The notes beneath the pieces were generated by a model that was not told the origin of the DNA, did no database searches, and saw only the letters and a program-made list of their open reading frames with translations. Of a stretch of 64,000 nt of DNA, positions 12,201 to 25,800 are shown piece after piece. The stretch covers positions 12,834,001 to 12,898,000 of the forward strand of contig OZ116709.1 in NCBI GenBank assembly GCA_964199315.1, read 5' to 3'. A program made the translations under genes and the position numbers. Every line of letters begins with the position of its first letter. Position 1 is the stretch's first letter. This DNA comes from Orbicella franksi. Lineage: Eukaryota.

Positions 12201-15200
12201 ATAAAGATAAAGATCAATGTCGTATCTTTTAAAAACCGTCAGTGTACTTTTGAAAGACCAAAAAAATCCTCCCACAGGAATGCAGTAAGGTCACCCATTT
12301 CCCCGTGTCCACGTGACTTTGGTCACGTGGACACGAGGCAAACATTATTTGGAAAGGCAAGTTTGTGGCGTGGAAAACGTGCCGAGTCCTTCCACGCGTC
12401 ACGAACGATGTAACGTTTTGCAAATTCCACTTTCTCTTCCAAATGTCAGCACAATTTCAAGGATACATGTTACAAGAGAAAAGACACCAGTCAACCAAGG
12501 AACATTAAATAAATAATGCATCTTTTAATCTCAGAGCTAGCGATGAATGAAATGCATGGCTGTTAATAAAGAGAATTCACAGTTTGAACATTAAAGAAAT
12601 AAAACCGAATGCCACTCACCTGTAGCTTCTCTTCGAACACGAGTATATCACTAGTCACCAGTTCACCAGAATCAAGTCTCTTGATCATTCCCAGTTCCCA
12701 GCGTTCGAAATCTTTTGCGATCATAATGAACACACTCTTCAATTCTTCCTTTCGCTTGTCGGATCTTTCCATCACTTCAGCCCATAGTTTGTTGAGTTGT
12801 TTCAGTTTGGATTCTTTGTGTTTCTTCTTCTGTGAGTGGAACATCTCGTTTAGAGCTTCCACTGACGTGCCATGGCGATTCACTTCCACTTGAAGAATCT
12901 GAAAACAAAAGAATCCAATTATCTTTAGCCTACGACTAACGGGTACTCCTTCTTTCGCTTAATAAATAAACCGCGAGGAAAAAATGGCCGCGTGAAATCC
13001 TGGGGGAAAAAAAGGCGCATCTCGCCCCCAGGATTTTCCCCACCATTTTTTTCCTCTCTCGGATTTTTTTTTATAGCTCGTCATCCAGTTATGCAAAACA
13101 GTTTCCGATCAAGCAGAGCGTGCGTAGCGTTTGTCACATTACCTTGAATTGTTGCGCCTGGTTTCTAAGTTCAATGAGATTGCGTGACACGGGTGGCAGT
13201 TTATCCAGTTGTTTCTTGAGTTCAGTCAGCGCCTTGATAGCGACTTCTAATCCATCCTTGAAGTTCTGTGAGTTAGTGAGTGCGGACTGCAGCTTGGCCT
13301 GGTACACAGAGATGTTCGCACACAGCTCATCGTATCGCTGATTAATCGACTTTTTTCGCTCAAACTCGGGGACGCGAATTAACCCTTCCACGCTGTGACC
13401 GAGCACGCTGACAGCTACGATCTCCGCCTGATGTGAATTCACGTCTGTTTGCAGCGTCTAACAAGAGAACAAACACAAATTAGATTTATAACAAGAGTAA
13501 AACCTTTTTCAATTCTGGTAATATTTTGATCTGTTCAACTTAAGTAAAGGCTTCTAATTCTGTTTCATTTCCGTTGTCTTCTTCTTTAAGTGAAAGCATT
13601 GCTCAAATGTTAAGATACTGCTGTTGTAATCAGGAGGTCTCGACCAAGCCCTAAAGTTCAACTTCTGAGCCACACCTTATTACCGTCACAATCCTCTATT
13701 TCATTACCTTTTTTTTTTATAAACTACAGTAACTCGTACCCAAACTATTTCTTTTTTTTAATATTCAACCGTGTCTCTTTATTTCTACTTATTCCGCGTG
13801 AAAGAAAATCGAGGACCTCTGCACAAAGGCTACCTTATTTCTGGTTACCTGAAGATCGCTGATTTGCTGTTTAATAGCGGTTGGATCAGGTTTCAGAGGC
13901 TGTGCCATGTATCTTGCTAGTGTGTCCTCTACACTGTTCAACCAAGGTAGCACCTGTGAAGCTTGACTGTCGTACTCACGTAACTGACGCCACGAGCGGT
14001 CCAAGATAGTTCCTTGTTCACTGAGTAGCAACAGAAGCCTGCAAGGAAATAGATAACGCTCTTGAATACAAGAAAACTGTCGAATGATGCTAGTAAGAAA
14101 TTAGTAACTAAGCAATGCATGATAGGAGATGTAACACCAGAGGGATACGTGACCTAGGAATGCGTGGAATGCGATACAGGCCGTGGGATAAAACAAGAGT
14201 AGGATGCGTGACCACACGTTAGAAAACAAAAAGTGGAAAATACAGTTCATAGCAGATGTAGCACAAATGGAATGTGTGACAAAGAATTAACAAAAGGGGA
14301 ATGCGTGACAGATGTTAGCCAAGTCATTTCGCATTTCAGCACATTCGATAGGCCTGCAGAATTAAAGCAACATTAAAATGTTAAAAACAAGAATATTTGT
14401 AACATTATTTACCTGTTGTAACGTTCATTGATATCTGCAAGCTTGTTCTCTAGTACCCAGGACTTTTCATTCGGGTCTGATATAACTTGAGTCGGCGACT
14501 TGACATCTGCGGATTCTAACGTGGCTACAGATCGTTCGAGTTCTGCGTGGAAGACCTTCAAGCAAAATAAAGTTCCAATCAATTAGGTTCTCTTTACCCT
14601 CATAACATGCACAGAAGGTACTGGAAGGCCGAATTTGTATGTTATTTGGGTAATTTACTGATTAAGATTTCAATTCTCGTTCTCACAGTACGAGTTAAAC
14701 TTAATCAGATACTTTTTTGACATTACCCGTCCCCCTCCCCGTTCCCAGCGTAGTTTGGTCCAAGATGGCGGCGGCTTCACAACCGAGCCTAACGAAGGAA
14801 CGAATTTTTGGCGCAAGAAATAGGGAACTGTACACAGTCCGACAAGACATCGAAACAGCCATAAACTCCCGTATACAGCAGTAAGCTGTTCAGCAAATAT
14901 TTTTGTTTAGTTTGACAGTCCTTCTAATTCTAAGGTTATAACCTAAGAATATCATTTTAAGCTTCAGAATAAATACAATCACAAAACGCATAAATTGAAA
15001 TGTTTGCGTTTCCAAGTTAATTTGACGCAGAGCTGATCAGCTGCTATGATATGCATGGGTCTACAATCAAAGATTGGACTTGGAAGCGGTATTTTAAAAG
15101 TAAATTTAAAAAAAAACAGTCACCTTGGCTTCGTGTAGAAAGTCTTCTCCACTCTGGTTCACTTCCTTCAAGTCTCGTTCGTGGTCTTTTACGTCGTCAA

Positions 15201-16826
15201 CAAAGTGCTACAACGAAAGACAGAGAAAACAATTACAACCTTACTTGTTTTGCGAGAGTAAAATTTGTTTTCGCCGAGGGCAGACGAATGGAAACCATCA
15301 AAGAAACTGAGGATTTTAAAGAGCTCGGATAAAAGGATTGTACGAATTCAAATCCCTTCTCGTGCGACTCATCTTAATAACGCTTACTTCGGTAAATATT
15401 TACTTTATAAAAATGTCAAATGCAACAAAAGGTGATCAGGCAACAGAATAGTAGAACGTGATTCAGAAAAAATCACTTCAAATTGTGCTAGTCACTTTCG
15501 AATTACGAAGAATACAAACTTGAAGACTACAGAGTTTCTTTCCGAGGTAGATATAGATATAAGGTACGAATATCGTATAATAAGTAGTAATGTGCCATAA
15601 AAAGTGGCGGTCAACTTAAGTTAGCATTTTTGGCATACTTTCAAAGCGTCTTGACTTAATCTCCCAATCCGCATACAAATCTGACGGTTCCGACCAACAG
15701 AAAGTGCCATTCTTTTCCGAAGATCAGACTTTTCCAAACAAAGTTTGTCTGACCTCTGTAGGATTACTGAGCACTAAACTGAACAATTCTCTCACACTGC
15801 TTTATCCCACATGCCACACACTGTGCTGGTTATTCTTCCAGTTAAAATAATTCCGGCTCAATTCAACTTTTTCCGCAATCAGAGTACACTAACCTTGTGA
15901 ATGAGCAGTTTGTCCTGCGCTCTCTGCAGATCTTTGGCGTCAAGTAGAATGGCGGTTCCTTGATCTTCTGCTTTCTTAAGCCAAGCCTAAAAATCAAACC
16001 AAGTACTCTCATTAGGAATGGACCATCGTTAGTAAAGGCAAAGTCTATTACGATGCGTGTGATCGAACACATATTAGCCACGCGCGTCATCGGCGTTAGC
16101 CTCTTCCAAGCGTTTGTTACTTGGGGAGCACCGCGAAAAACGGCTGTTGAAAACAATTTTTTTTGGGGGGGGGGGGGATATCAAGCACCGCACTCCGCAA
16201 TCCTGACTTTTTACCTCGGCGTTTATCGCGCTATGCTCCAACTAACCAAACGCCCGATATCTGCAGCATCAAAAGACTTCCAGTATCGTGACCATGAACA
16301 GAACACAGTGACCCTGGCTAGTGCTCGAACCCAGACCGCCCTTGCCGGTTAACGGAGCTATGAGAATATTGCGGTATGCAAACTTTTTTCAAAATAAAAA
16401 AAATGGTAAAAACCTCACAAAGACCATTAAACGGACAGTAATAAATCTAATCCAAATAAGGATTTTTAAAACTTGGGAAAACTGAGACAGATCATAGTTG
16501 GTACTCGCGGTATTCCCAATTAATCTAAATTTTCAATCCAATGTTAACTACACTTGTTTCATTGTGGTTTATCACTGCCTCTTTAGCGTTCATCTATCGC
16601 ACATTTACTGTGTCGATTAATTTAGGGTTTAACAGTTCGCTATTTTCCCATCCTATACTATCCTACTATTCCTTCTAAAAATAGATTGATCCCAAGAGTC
16701 CGCTTCTGAAAGGCGCAAGTGTATTTCTACAAACACAGAATAGATAATGAATTGACTTATGGAGAGTCAGTGTACTTGAAAGGGAACTTCACCCCTTTTT
16801 TGTTCGAATATATTTTATAACATTGC

Positions 16827-16864
<38 letters not shown>

Positions 16865-19800
16865 TAGAAACCTGAGGCTGAGTTTTTGAAAAGAACATAA
16901 TTTTGTGCGTTGAAAGTTAGTAAGTACAATAGAATTGTATGTGTTTCACTAAACCGAATAAAATTCTTCCTTTCTCCAAACGGCAAACCAGCCAAAAAAG
17001 CCCGCGCCGGAAAAACAATATTCTTTAATAAAACAAGAGTGTAAGACACACGGTGTAAAACGATCTCGAAAAACACAGGCCGATTTTCGTCTGTTGTTTC
17101 GGCGGAGACATAATTGAATTATAACTTCTGACAGTCGTTGAGCCAGATCAGCCGGCCGTTTAACGACAAGTCAAAAGACAGAATTGTGTATTAATAGTCA
17201 AAGCATTTCGAGACACTTCTTTACTGTCGTCCCTCGAAACATAACTAACAAAAAGACAATGTGTGGAGCCGTGACCTCACTGAAAGTTCAGTTTGTTCTT
17301 CACAACAATAAATTTCCAACTTTTTCCAAAAGACAAAAATATACAAAAATGTACTACAAAAATAACCAAGAACGTCTGATAAATTGATATTGTGGTGAAA
17401 GTTTAAGGACAGATTTCTTGGTTTCAAGTGGACAAAACTCCTCGCCCTATTTTAGTACCGAAAATGGCAATTTCTACGCTTTTACCCTTGTATTCGTGAG
17501 ACTGTGGGCATGGCCATTTTTTTTTTCGTTCTACTTCAGTTTAACCGTTCGAAATGCAAAGCTTGTTGTGAAAATGACTCAGTTCAGTTACTTCTTTTTT
17601 TCGAAGCGAACGGATAAATAGGCAACTTAGCTTCGATTGCCGCTAATCTTCCGCGTCCGGTCTCCGTTCCACAGACGATCAATCGATCTATAATTGATTG
17701 ATTGTGCTAGCCGAAACTTTTTGGGAAAGAACGTTTCTCCTTTTCTCGAAACATTTCGTTAATTATACATACCAGGAATGGATGCAGCAGTTCCTCAAAC
17801 TTCGTCAACTTCTCGTGAATCCTAACGAGTCTCATGTAGCGATTGTCAAGCTCGGCTTGTAGTCGTCCCCATCTCGCTTCCAAGATGCTCATCTTCGAGT
17901 CGAGTTCGGCTTTTTTCGTGGGCGACAAAAGCTGACCGCTGCCTTTCAAGAACTGCTTGCTCTGTAAGAGCATAACTTCAACTGGTTTCTTCCGCTCATA
18001 GACAGCCTTAGTGAATCTCTAGTTAAAACAAAACAACAAAAACAATTAGTCAAACTGGAAGGGTATCGGTTTACAGTCGTCAAAGGCTTTATTTCCGACC
18101 ACGCCGCCCGAAAGTTCTCAAACTGAAACACGATCTCCTAAAGGTGACTGACGATTTAGCAGCTCATGAAGAAGATAACCATAATAGAGTAACAATATTA
18201 ACCCTTGAGATTTACTTTATATTGCTTACAAGCAATTCATGGGGTAACTAATCAGTGTGCATAGGCAATAAAGACAAGAGATGAAGACGTTAGCACAGAT
18301 TTCAAGAATACACATGACTACACTGGGCTAATAAGTATTCTATAGAAACCCTTTCAATATATCAAAAACCAAATCAATACGGCAATATGTCATTAGCTTC
18401 TTTACGTTTTCAATAACATGCATTGCGATATAATAAACTTGTGTTGATGTATCGGGGAAGAGGCAGTTAGCGTGTAAATGCTGCTATTAAGGGATAAAAA
18501 TAGGTTACTTTGCTGAAATAATTTCAGGGACTGATCGAATCAGGCAAAGTCATTCATAATTTCAACAACGACCTGTTATCACTTGAGAGAAATGGAAGCA
18601 ACACTCAAGAAATTTCAAACGGCTCCTGTCGAATCCATAATGTAAACAAACGTTTGCTAAACGCATTCTTACTTAATTAAGCCAATTTGTTCGCTCATGA
18701 CAAGTCAAGTTGCAATCGTAAAAGAAACAAAAGCGACACTTGTGATGGAGTGAATGAAAATGATCTTCATTTCACTGTAGCTTCAGTGCTCTGAATTTTC
18801 TAAATGGTCGTTAAAACAGTGTGGCGCTAAAAACAAACCAAACTGTGAAAGCGAACATAACTGTACCGTGAGTCGACCCTTTGCATATACTGTACAGTGC
18901 AAATTAAAAAACGTTGCGGAGCAACGCCAGACCCATTAATAGTACGCTCTAAAGCGACACTTGTGTTAACGAACCTGGGCTCCATGTTACAAAGCATCGC
19001 AAAAACTAACAGCCAAGGCGTCCCTGTCTCCAACGGAATCTTAAACTCCATCAGCTCCGATAATAAAAGAGTCTTAACTTGACCTTATTGTCGCCGGCGA
19101 CAAAGGCGATCAACGCTTCATGTCGAACGCTTATTTGCATTTGATCTACAGCTCTCTTTCTGGGCTCCGTAGTGCTAACTTGAGTTCACACACGCTATTT
19201 GTTTGTTTTACGTGATTATTAAAATCACCAGGAAAAAATGAACGCTGATTAAATGTAGATTAAACAAAAACTCTTGGCTTTTTCAGCATACTAGTCTCAA
19301 GGGAACCGAACGCAACGGATAAAAATACAAAAAGTTTGCAAAACTAAGACGTCGACCAAAGCCGATTGAATTGAGAGAGAAAGTTACGCATACACTACCT
19401 CCAGTTGAAAAAAAAACTTAAAAACTTGTTGAAAGTTGAATCAACTAAACAAACAGCCATCTTGTTTTTTAATATCCGTGATAATTAAATTTAGCAATTC
19501 CCGCCCTGACGGATAAAGCCACAATATGTTATCATTCAATTAAAAGCTAAGGAACTGAACTTTCATGTGGTGCTGTTTATTATGCTGTATATGCAAGTCG
19601 GTTCTAACAGCTTTTGTTGAGTCTGTGCCTGAAACCCTAGAGTGTACAATACAGGTGAAGAATTTCGAGAAATACTTTCACGTGGTGCTGTTTATTATAA
19701 AGTACAAAGTGGTTTTATCGTTAATTGTTCCTGGTGGATAAAACCCAAGTGTGTGACCATTGAAATAGAAGCTCTTGAGATGAGATTTCAACCAGTGTAG

Positions 19801-22800
19801 TGTATTATTTTTTTCAGTCTGTGATGTGAACCTAGTGTGTGACCATTTAAATGAAAGCTACTAAGCTGAAATTTCCATCTGGTGCTATTTACAATACTGC
19901 ATTATCTTTTCAGTCTGTGGGTAAGACGTTTGAACCTAGTGTGCGACCATTCAAATGAAAGCCATTGAGCCGAGATTTCATCTCGTGCTATTTACAATAC
20001 TGTATGAACCTCTCCGTCTGTGGTTTGACCCTCGTGTGTGAGTATTTTCATCACAACTACTGAAGCATACCTTATAGTGCTGTTCGCTTATCAATTCCTC
20101 CAAAACAAGAATATTAGGATTTGCGAAATTTGTCTTAATTTCTTATTCTTTCGAATATACTCCGCTGTACGCGATTAATCAAAAAATACTCCTAACTTCT
20201 TTTCTTGCAGTGTGTTTCATCTATCTTGAGAGAAATTTAGTTTCGGTCATGGCTGTTACTCCAATATGATCAGATGATACTTATAGCCTAACCTTAATAC
20301 ACCTTGATGCTTATAACTTATCTCCTTTCATATTTTATGACAAGAGAATTTGCAAATTGATCGCAGCCGGAGGCAACTGTCTCACGCCTTGAAATAAACA
20401 ATAAGCATCTCTGTTCACCAATGAAAGTCGAGTAAGAGAGGTCAGTCTTGAATTCCCTCCTATCCCATTCTTACCTTCTGTTCCTCAATCTGTTCTTCAA
20501 GCTGCTTGACATCTGCGGGAGATGCTGTTTGTGCTACCAGGGTTTTCTCAGTGTCTGACAACCAGTCAAGTAAGTGCTGGATAGAGGAACACCACTGTAA
20601 ACACGCTTCTTCAACCTGTACAATGAAAAGGTAAACATCACATGAAGGAGGTGTGAAGTTCACGCAACGAAACGGTGACTGTCACAAGGCAGTTGGGTGA
20701 ACGTCACGCCCGGAAGAATGAAATGTCACGCACGCTAAAATGAGGTAAATGTTCATAGGGGAGAAGTGAACGTCACATAAGGAAAACATGAAAGTCACAC
20801 AACTGACAAGGAAATTTATAACGGTAAGCTAACGTTTTGTGACGACTCGTGAACCATTTCACAAATTTCGTACTGTCTTTCTGTTATCAGGGTTGTAAAA
20901 TAGGAACAAATTAACCTCTTTGTGTTCTTTTCCCTGTCTCTTCAAAGTGTCCACAAGCATTTCCATGACGATCTGAACCTCATTCAAAAGTTTCTCGTAT
21001 CTGGCGTTCATACTCATCAGAGATGCTATGATTTCCTCGCGGCCCTTCTGGGCACTTTCCAGGAGGGGGTTGGCAGGGTCTCGGGACTCGGGCAAGTGAT
21101 GCAAGCTGTGACGGTATTCCTCCAGGTTCCTTTCCCACACCTAGCAACATGTACAAGACACAACGTAAAACACGCACATGCAAAGGGCTTTTATGACGAC
21201 ATGATTGAACTTCGCAGTTAAACACACAACTTAAGCAGCTGAAAAAACAAAATCCAGGCTTGAACGGAATTGGAACCCATGACCTCTGCGAAACCGGTGC
21301 AGTGCTCCACCAACTGAGCTATCAAGCCAACTGGGAGCTGGTCACGTTGTGAGTTCGTAATATACCCGCAGATGGTAAAGGATTTTTGTAGTTTCATGAG
21401 AATGTGTGAAGCAGCTTACGAAGCTACAAACTACGAGGCGTCAATAAATATATCATAAAATCCGAGGCTTCAAGTAGTAATTATATCAAACACGAGAGAC
21501 AATGTTTCAACGGGATATCCAAACACCGAGACGAGAGTTGAAAATACGATGCGCAGCGGAGTATTTTTGACGAAATTCCAGGTGTTTGGATAGCCGATGA
21601 AATACTGTCTCCAGTGTTTGATATACATGTATCTTCTCAATCGAAACAAAAACTAAGGAGAAAACGGAGAAGTAAAGGCATCAAAGTCTATGCTAATTAA
21701 GACCGGGTATCCAAACCTCCTTCAAGGTTGTGATTTTCTCTGTTTTATCTTGAACTGTTAATTAGTTTGAGAATGAGAATGCTTTTCTTTAGTGCATGTC
21801 TTATAAGATGTCAAGTTCTTTATTGATTTCGCCACAACTTGGTCTGCAAGAACAAATCACCCGTACAAGCCTGACGTCAAACCCGCAAGATTAAAATGTC
21901 ATAAACATTCATTTTTCGTTAGGATTGTTAAATTATGGAATGAATTACCAAAAGAAGTAGTAGAAGCTGATAACCTTCAGCAGTTTAAACTAACCTCAAA
22001 TTGTACTTAAATGTTTTAATGTAATTAAGAATCTTAATTTTAATTGTAATTTTGATTTTTTTTTCTCATAGGGATAACCTCTTAACTTCCTTTTCTAGAT
22101 GCATCTTTCTTTCTTTTTCTTGTTTTTTGTGTTTTTCCTCATTTTTAGTTTTTAATTGTATGTGTAGTTTGCATCTGAAATAAATAAAGTATGTGTGTAT
22201 GCATGTTTATCAGGCGCTTATCTGCAGGGGAGTCTCATCAACATCAAGGTGCTTTCATTAATGCTGTCTCACCTGTGATTCGTCCGTGTATTCATGTCCC
22301 ATGGTGCAGAGAGTTTTGATTGGGACTTGCTGACTTCGAATATCTGTGTACAGAGCCTGAAATGACAAAAATAAATAATATGGTTATGAACAACTTTGGA
22401 ATCATTAGGACTTTTAAACCACCAAGGAGGATTTACCCTTCTGTACTGAACTGTCCCGTGGAGTGCAGTTTGATCACAGTCATTACCTAAATGCGTTCTT
22501 GAGGAGAAGTAATGAAAGCTTGCATCTCTCACTGATCCTGAAAGTTAGTTACAAGGTCTCCGACATAACCAACCCAGCAAGGGCTTTTCCATTGGAAACC
22601 TAGTCCAATGAATTTCCCACTAGGGTCTGGTAAGGGTCTATAGCTGCCACTGTCCAGTGAGCTAAGGAAACCTTTTGCCCATTGGTTATTGCTCTGTTTA
22701 AAGGTTTGATTTTGTCCCTCTTATTTCAAAGCTACATGTACTTAATAAAACAGCTTGCAGGCAATTTATTTTCTCAACACTTTGACCGAACGAAAATAAT

Positions 22801-25800
22801 TCCAACTCACTGTAAGTTCTTCCATAACACTTTCAGCATTACTACTTTCTCTGCTCGAGTCTCGGTCTTGGACTTTCTCCTCAACTCTTTCTAACCAGTC
22901 CAATTCATTCTGTAATCCAGCTTGAAACTGCTCTAGTTTGTGTTCAGCTTTGACGAGTCCCACAAGACGGTTATCAATCTGATGCTGGGCAGCTTCCCAT
23001 CTCTCCAGAATGGCCTGTACTCTGGCCTTGTCGAAGTCCTTTAAGTCAGGAAGCGACCTCTGAATGTCTTCAATCTTGCTCTTTCTTGGCTCTATTTCAG
23101 TTTGAAGTGCTCCCTATTAAACATACGATTTGCTATCGTTATTCATTCAACAACGTTCCCATTAAGTTACAGTAGATTAAAGCAAAAATATGCCACCCGG
23201 CTATGTCATGCTGTTGTCAATACGTTAGAGGGCAAAACTTGGCAAACCAATTAAAGGAGATAATTGATTGATTTTAACAGCAAGTGCTGCTATCTACAAC
23301 AGTTTCAGTAACCATGTGAAAACTTAGTTATTCCATTTGACATAATTCGCATCTAAGTTGTTTATCATGCGATAAACTTGTGGAATCATGTTTCAGAAAC
23401 ATTTGAAAGCTTATAAATCACGTGGAAGTTATGTTTCACTATGGAGGTCAACTTAGACCAAAGGAAATAACAGCTGTTATCTGTTGGTACCTGTAAAACT
23501 TTGATCTGATGTTGAATGTCTTTCAGGTTGGCAGTGAGACCAGGCTGTTGTATGAGAATGATTTCAACGCGTCGCAGGCTATCTTCAAGATCTGACACAA
23601 GTTCAGCAATGTTCAGCAAGAACACAAGCCTGATAAACAATAATATACAGATTTCAGATTTTCAGATTCAGATTTTTTATTAATTGACACTATTTACAGA
23701 CATATTTCACTATCACACACTATTACAAAAAATTCATTAATTAAAATAAGGAAAATATAATAATAATAAAACCAAAACAAAATGTGCTCAGTGACCAAAG
23801 AAGCATATGCTATCGTGTTGGTCACTGACACGTTCAAAAATAACAGACAAGACACATCAAGTAATAGAAACAATGCAATAAAGGAAGTAAAATGTGAGTA
23901 ACAAAAGTATTCGAAATAAACAAGTTAAATGAATAAATCATAATGCATCAAATGTGAAATCAGTGTATGCTAGCATGGGAAACAAAATAATTTCGGAAAA
24001 TCTGTAAAATGCAAACAAAGTATGGCCTGCTTTCACTTAATGAATCAGGGCTTACATATTCAAAAAAAAAAGTACAAAAAAGAACTTACATATTCAGATG
24101 TAAGACATTTGAACATTTTATACAGAACTGATCTATCTTTGACTAGGTTTGACAGCAAAACAGTCATGGAATATTTGTTTCTCAACAAATCATTGTGTAT
24201 AGTACACAAATTATTGACAATGGCACTTTTGTCTGAAATAAAATTGACTTGACCTGCCAAAATCTACAGTTGCCTTTTGATTAGTTAACAGTAAACATCA
24301 GGATGTCTCTGCCAACTCACATTCTATGCCACGTGTACGTTTCTTCCTTCACTCTGATCCACTTCTCAGACAGTAGACCTAACTTGCTTTGCAGTTGCGG
24401 GTCCATTTTGGTGATTAGTGCTTGCATCAGAGAGTTGTACTGTGGAGCTCTTTGAGTCTGTTGCTCTTTTAAATTCTGATAATTATACAAACACAAAGAA
24501 CAGACAGCAACATTGGTCAGTAAAGAAAACCAAAATGTTTAAACATATTTGGTATGTTAATTGAAGGCCTCTCCTCCTAAAAAAGTTACATGCATGTGTT
24601 GACTCCATCATGGACAAAAGTCTTTGAAGGACAAATCTGCAATTTGAGCTTTCTTCTCACTCACAAACCAATTGAAATGTCTTATGAGAATACAACTTCC
24701 CTTCACTTCACCCTGCTCCTGCCCCCACCCCACAGACAGGGTTGAAAACTAGTACCTTAATTTCTCCAAAGTTTCAACAATGTATTGGTGGGGGTGGGGG
24801 GAAATAGCACTGTACTACATCACTATCTCAAGGACGTTTGTCCACTACTGAAGGAGTCTTGCCACTAAGCTTTTTACCTCAACTTGCTGTAGAGTACTGG
24901 ACAGGCTTCCTTGGTTTAGAGTCTCTCGTGACTTGGTTTTCAAAAAGGCTTCTGCTCTGTTAAGCCAGGCCAGTAGATCATTTAGAGTGCTCTGAGCACT
25001 TTGCTACAAAGAGGAAAAGTGCCAAAAGTTCAAATTAACATTCAAAAGTAGAAAACAAGCATTATAAGCAGATTATGAGTACAAAGAAAGTCTGCATACA
25101 AGCCAAGTGGCCCATCAGTCCAGAGCTTAACCCAGTTTCTATAGCATGAGGCGACTAGGAGTATTTCTACTCCCCCCTGGATGGGATGCTAGTCCATTGC
25201 AGGGTTACCCCCAGCATTAAGTTCACCGGTACCCATTTATACACCTGGGTGGAGAGAGGCACTGCGAGAGTAAAGCGTCTTGCCCAAGAACACAACACAA
25301 TGTCCCCAGCCAGGGCTCGAACTCGCACCGCTCGATCCAGAGATGAGTACACTAACCATAAGGCCACCGTGCCTCCCTGGTGCTCAGATCATGAGTGGAA
25401 TATATAAAAAATATTTGTAAGCTGCATACATGGCATAACAAAATAAAATAACCCATTTTACTGTTCTGCACCAAGTGATCAGGCCCTTAAGCCTCATGAT
25501 ACAAACCTTGCTGCTTCTCCACTGTAAACTACATGTAGTTTCTAACAACTGCAAGGTCCACCCAGGCCTCGCCTTTATGCATAGGCTTGGTTACATTACA
25601 CAGACCTGTAAAGTGGTCTATTGATTGTACATGTACATGTACACTATCCTCATAGGTTAATTCTAGATTGCTACTGAAATCAATCCCAACAGAAAGAAGA
25701 TATGTCCATCTACAATCCTGGTCGAAAGTCTTGGAACACTTTGCACTTTTGCCAACATAATTATGGTCTTTCTGTCCACCCTCTCCCCCTCCCCACCTCC

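Noticed and set aside
14761-14772. AAGATGGCGGCG (YY1-like or start-like motif) on the + strand
   Set aside because: It is isolated in an intron with no supported ORF and is probably part of a dispersed repeat.
18827-19051. 74-aa ORF with donor-like ACG|GTACAG as another internal first exon
   Set aside because: The donor is phase 2 in the ORF frame and the next acceptor (18018) is phase 0; the phase-0 frame has no ATG after a stop.
21256-21328. Possible tRNA gene
   Set aside because: Stems are imperfect, the B-box is mutated, and it is embedded in a longer dispersed repeat; it is better treated as a tRNA-derived repeat.
25167-25407. Short ORFs here and at 30534-30862
   Set aside because: They are chance frames within SINE copies.
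25507-25521. Possible 15-nt micro-exon WRSSK (phase 0/0)
   Set aside because: Weak pyrimidine tract and weak GTTTGT donor; the flanking exons join in frame without it.
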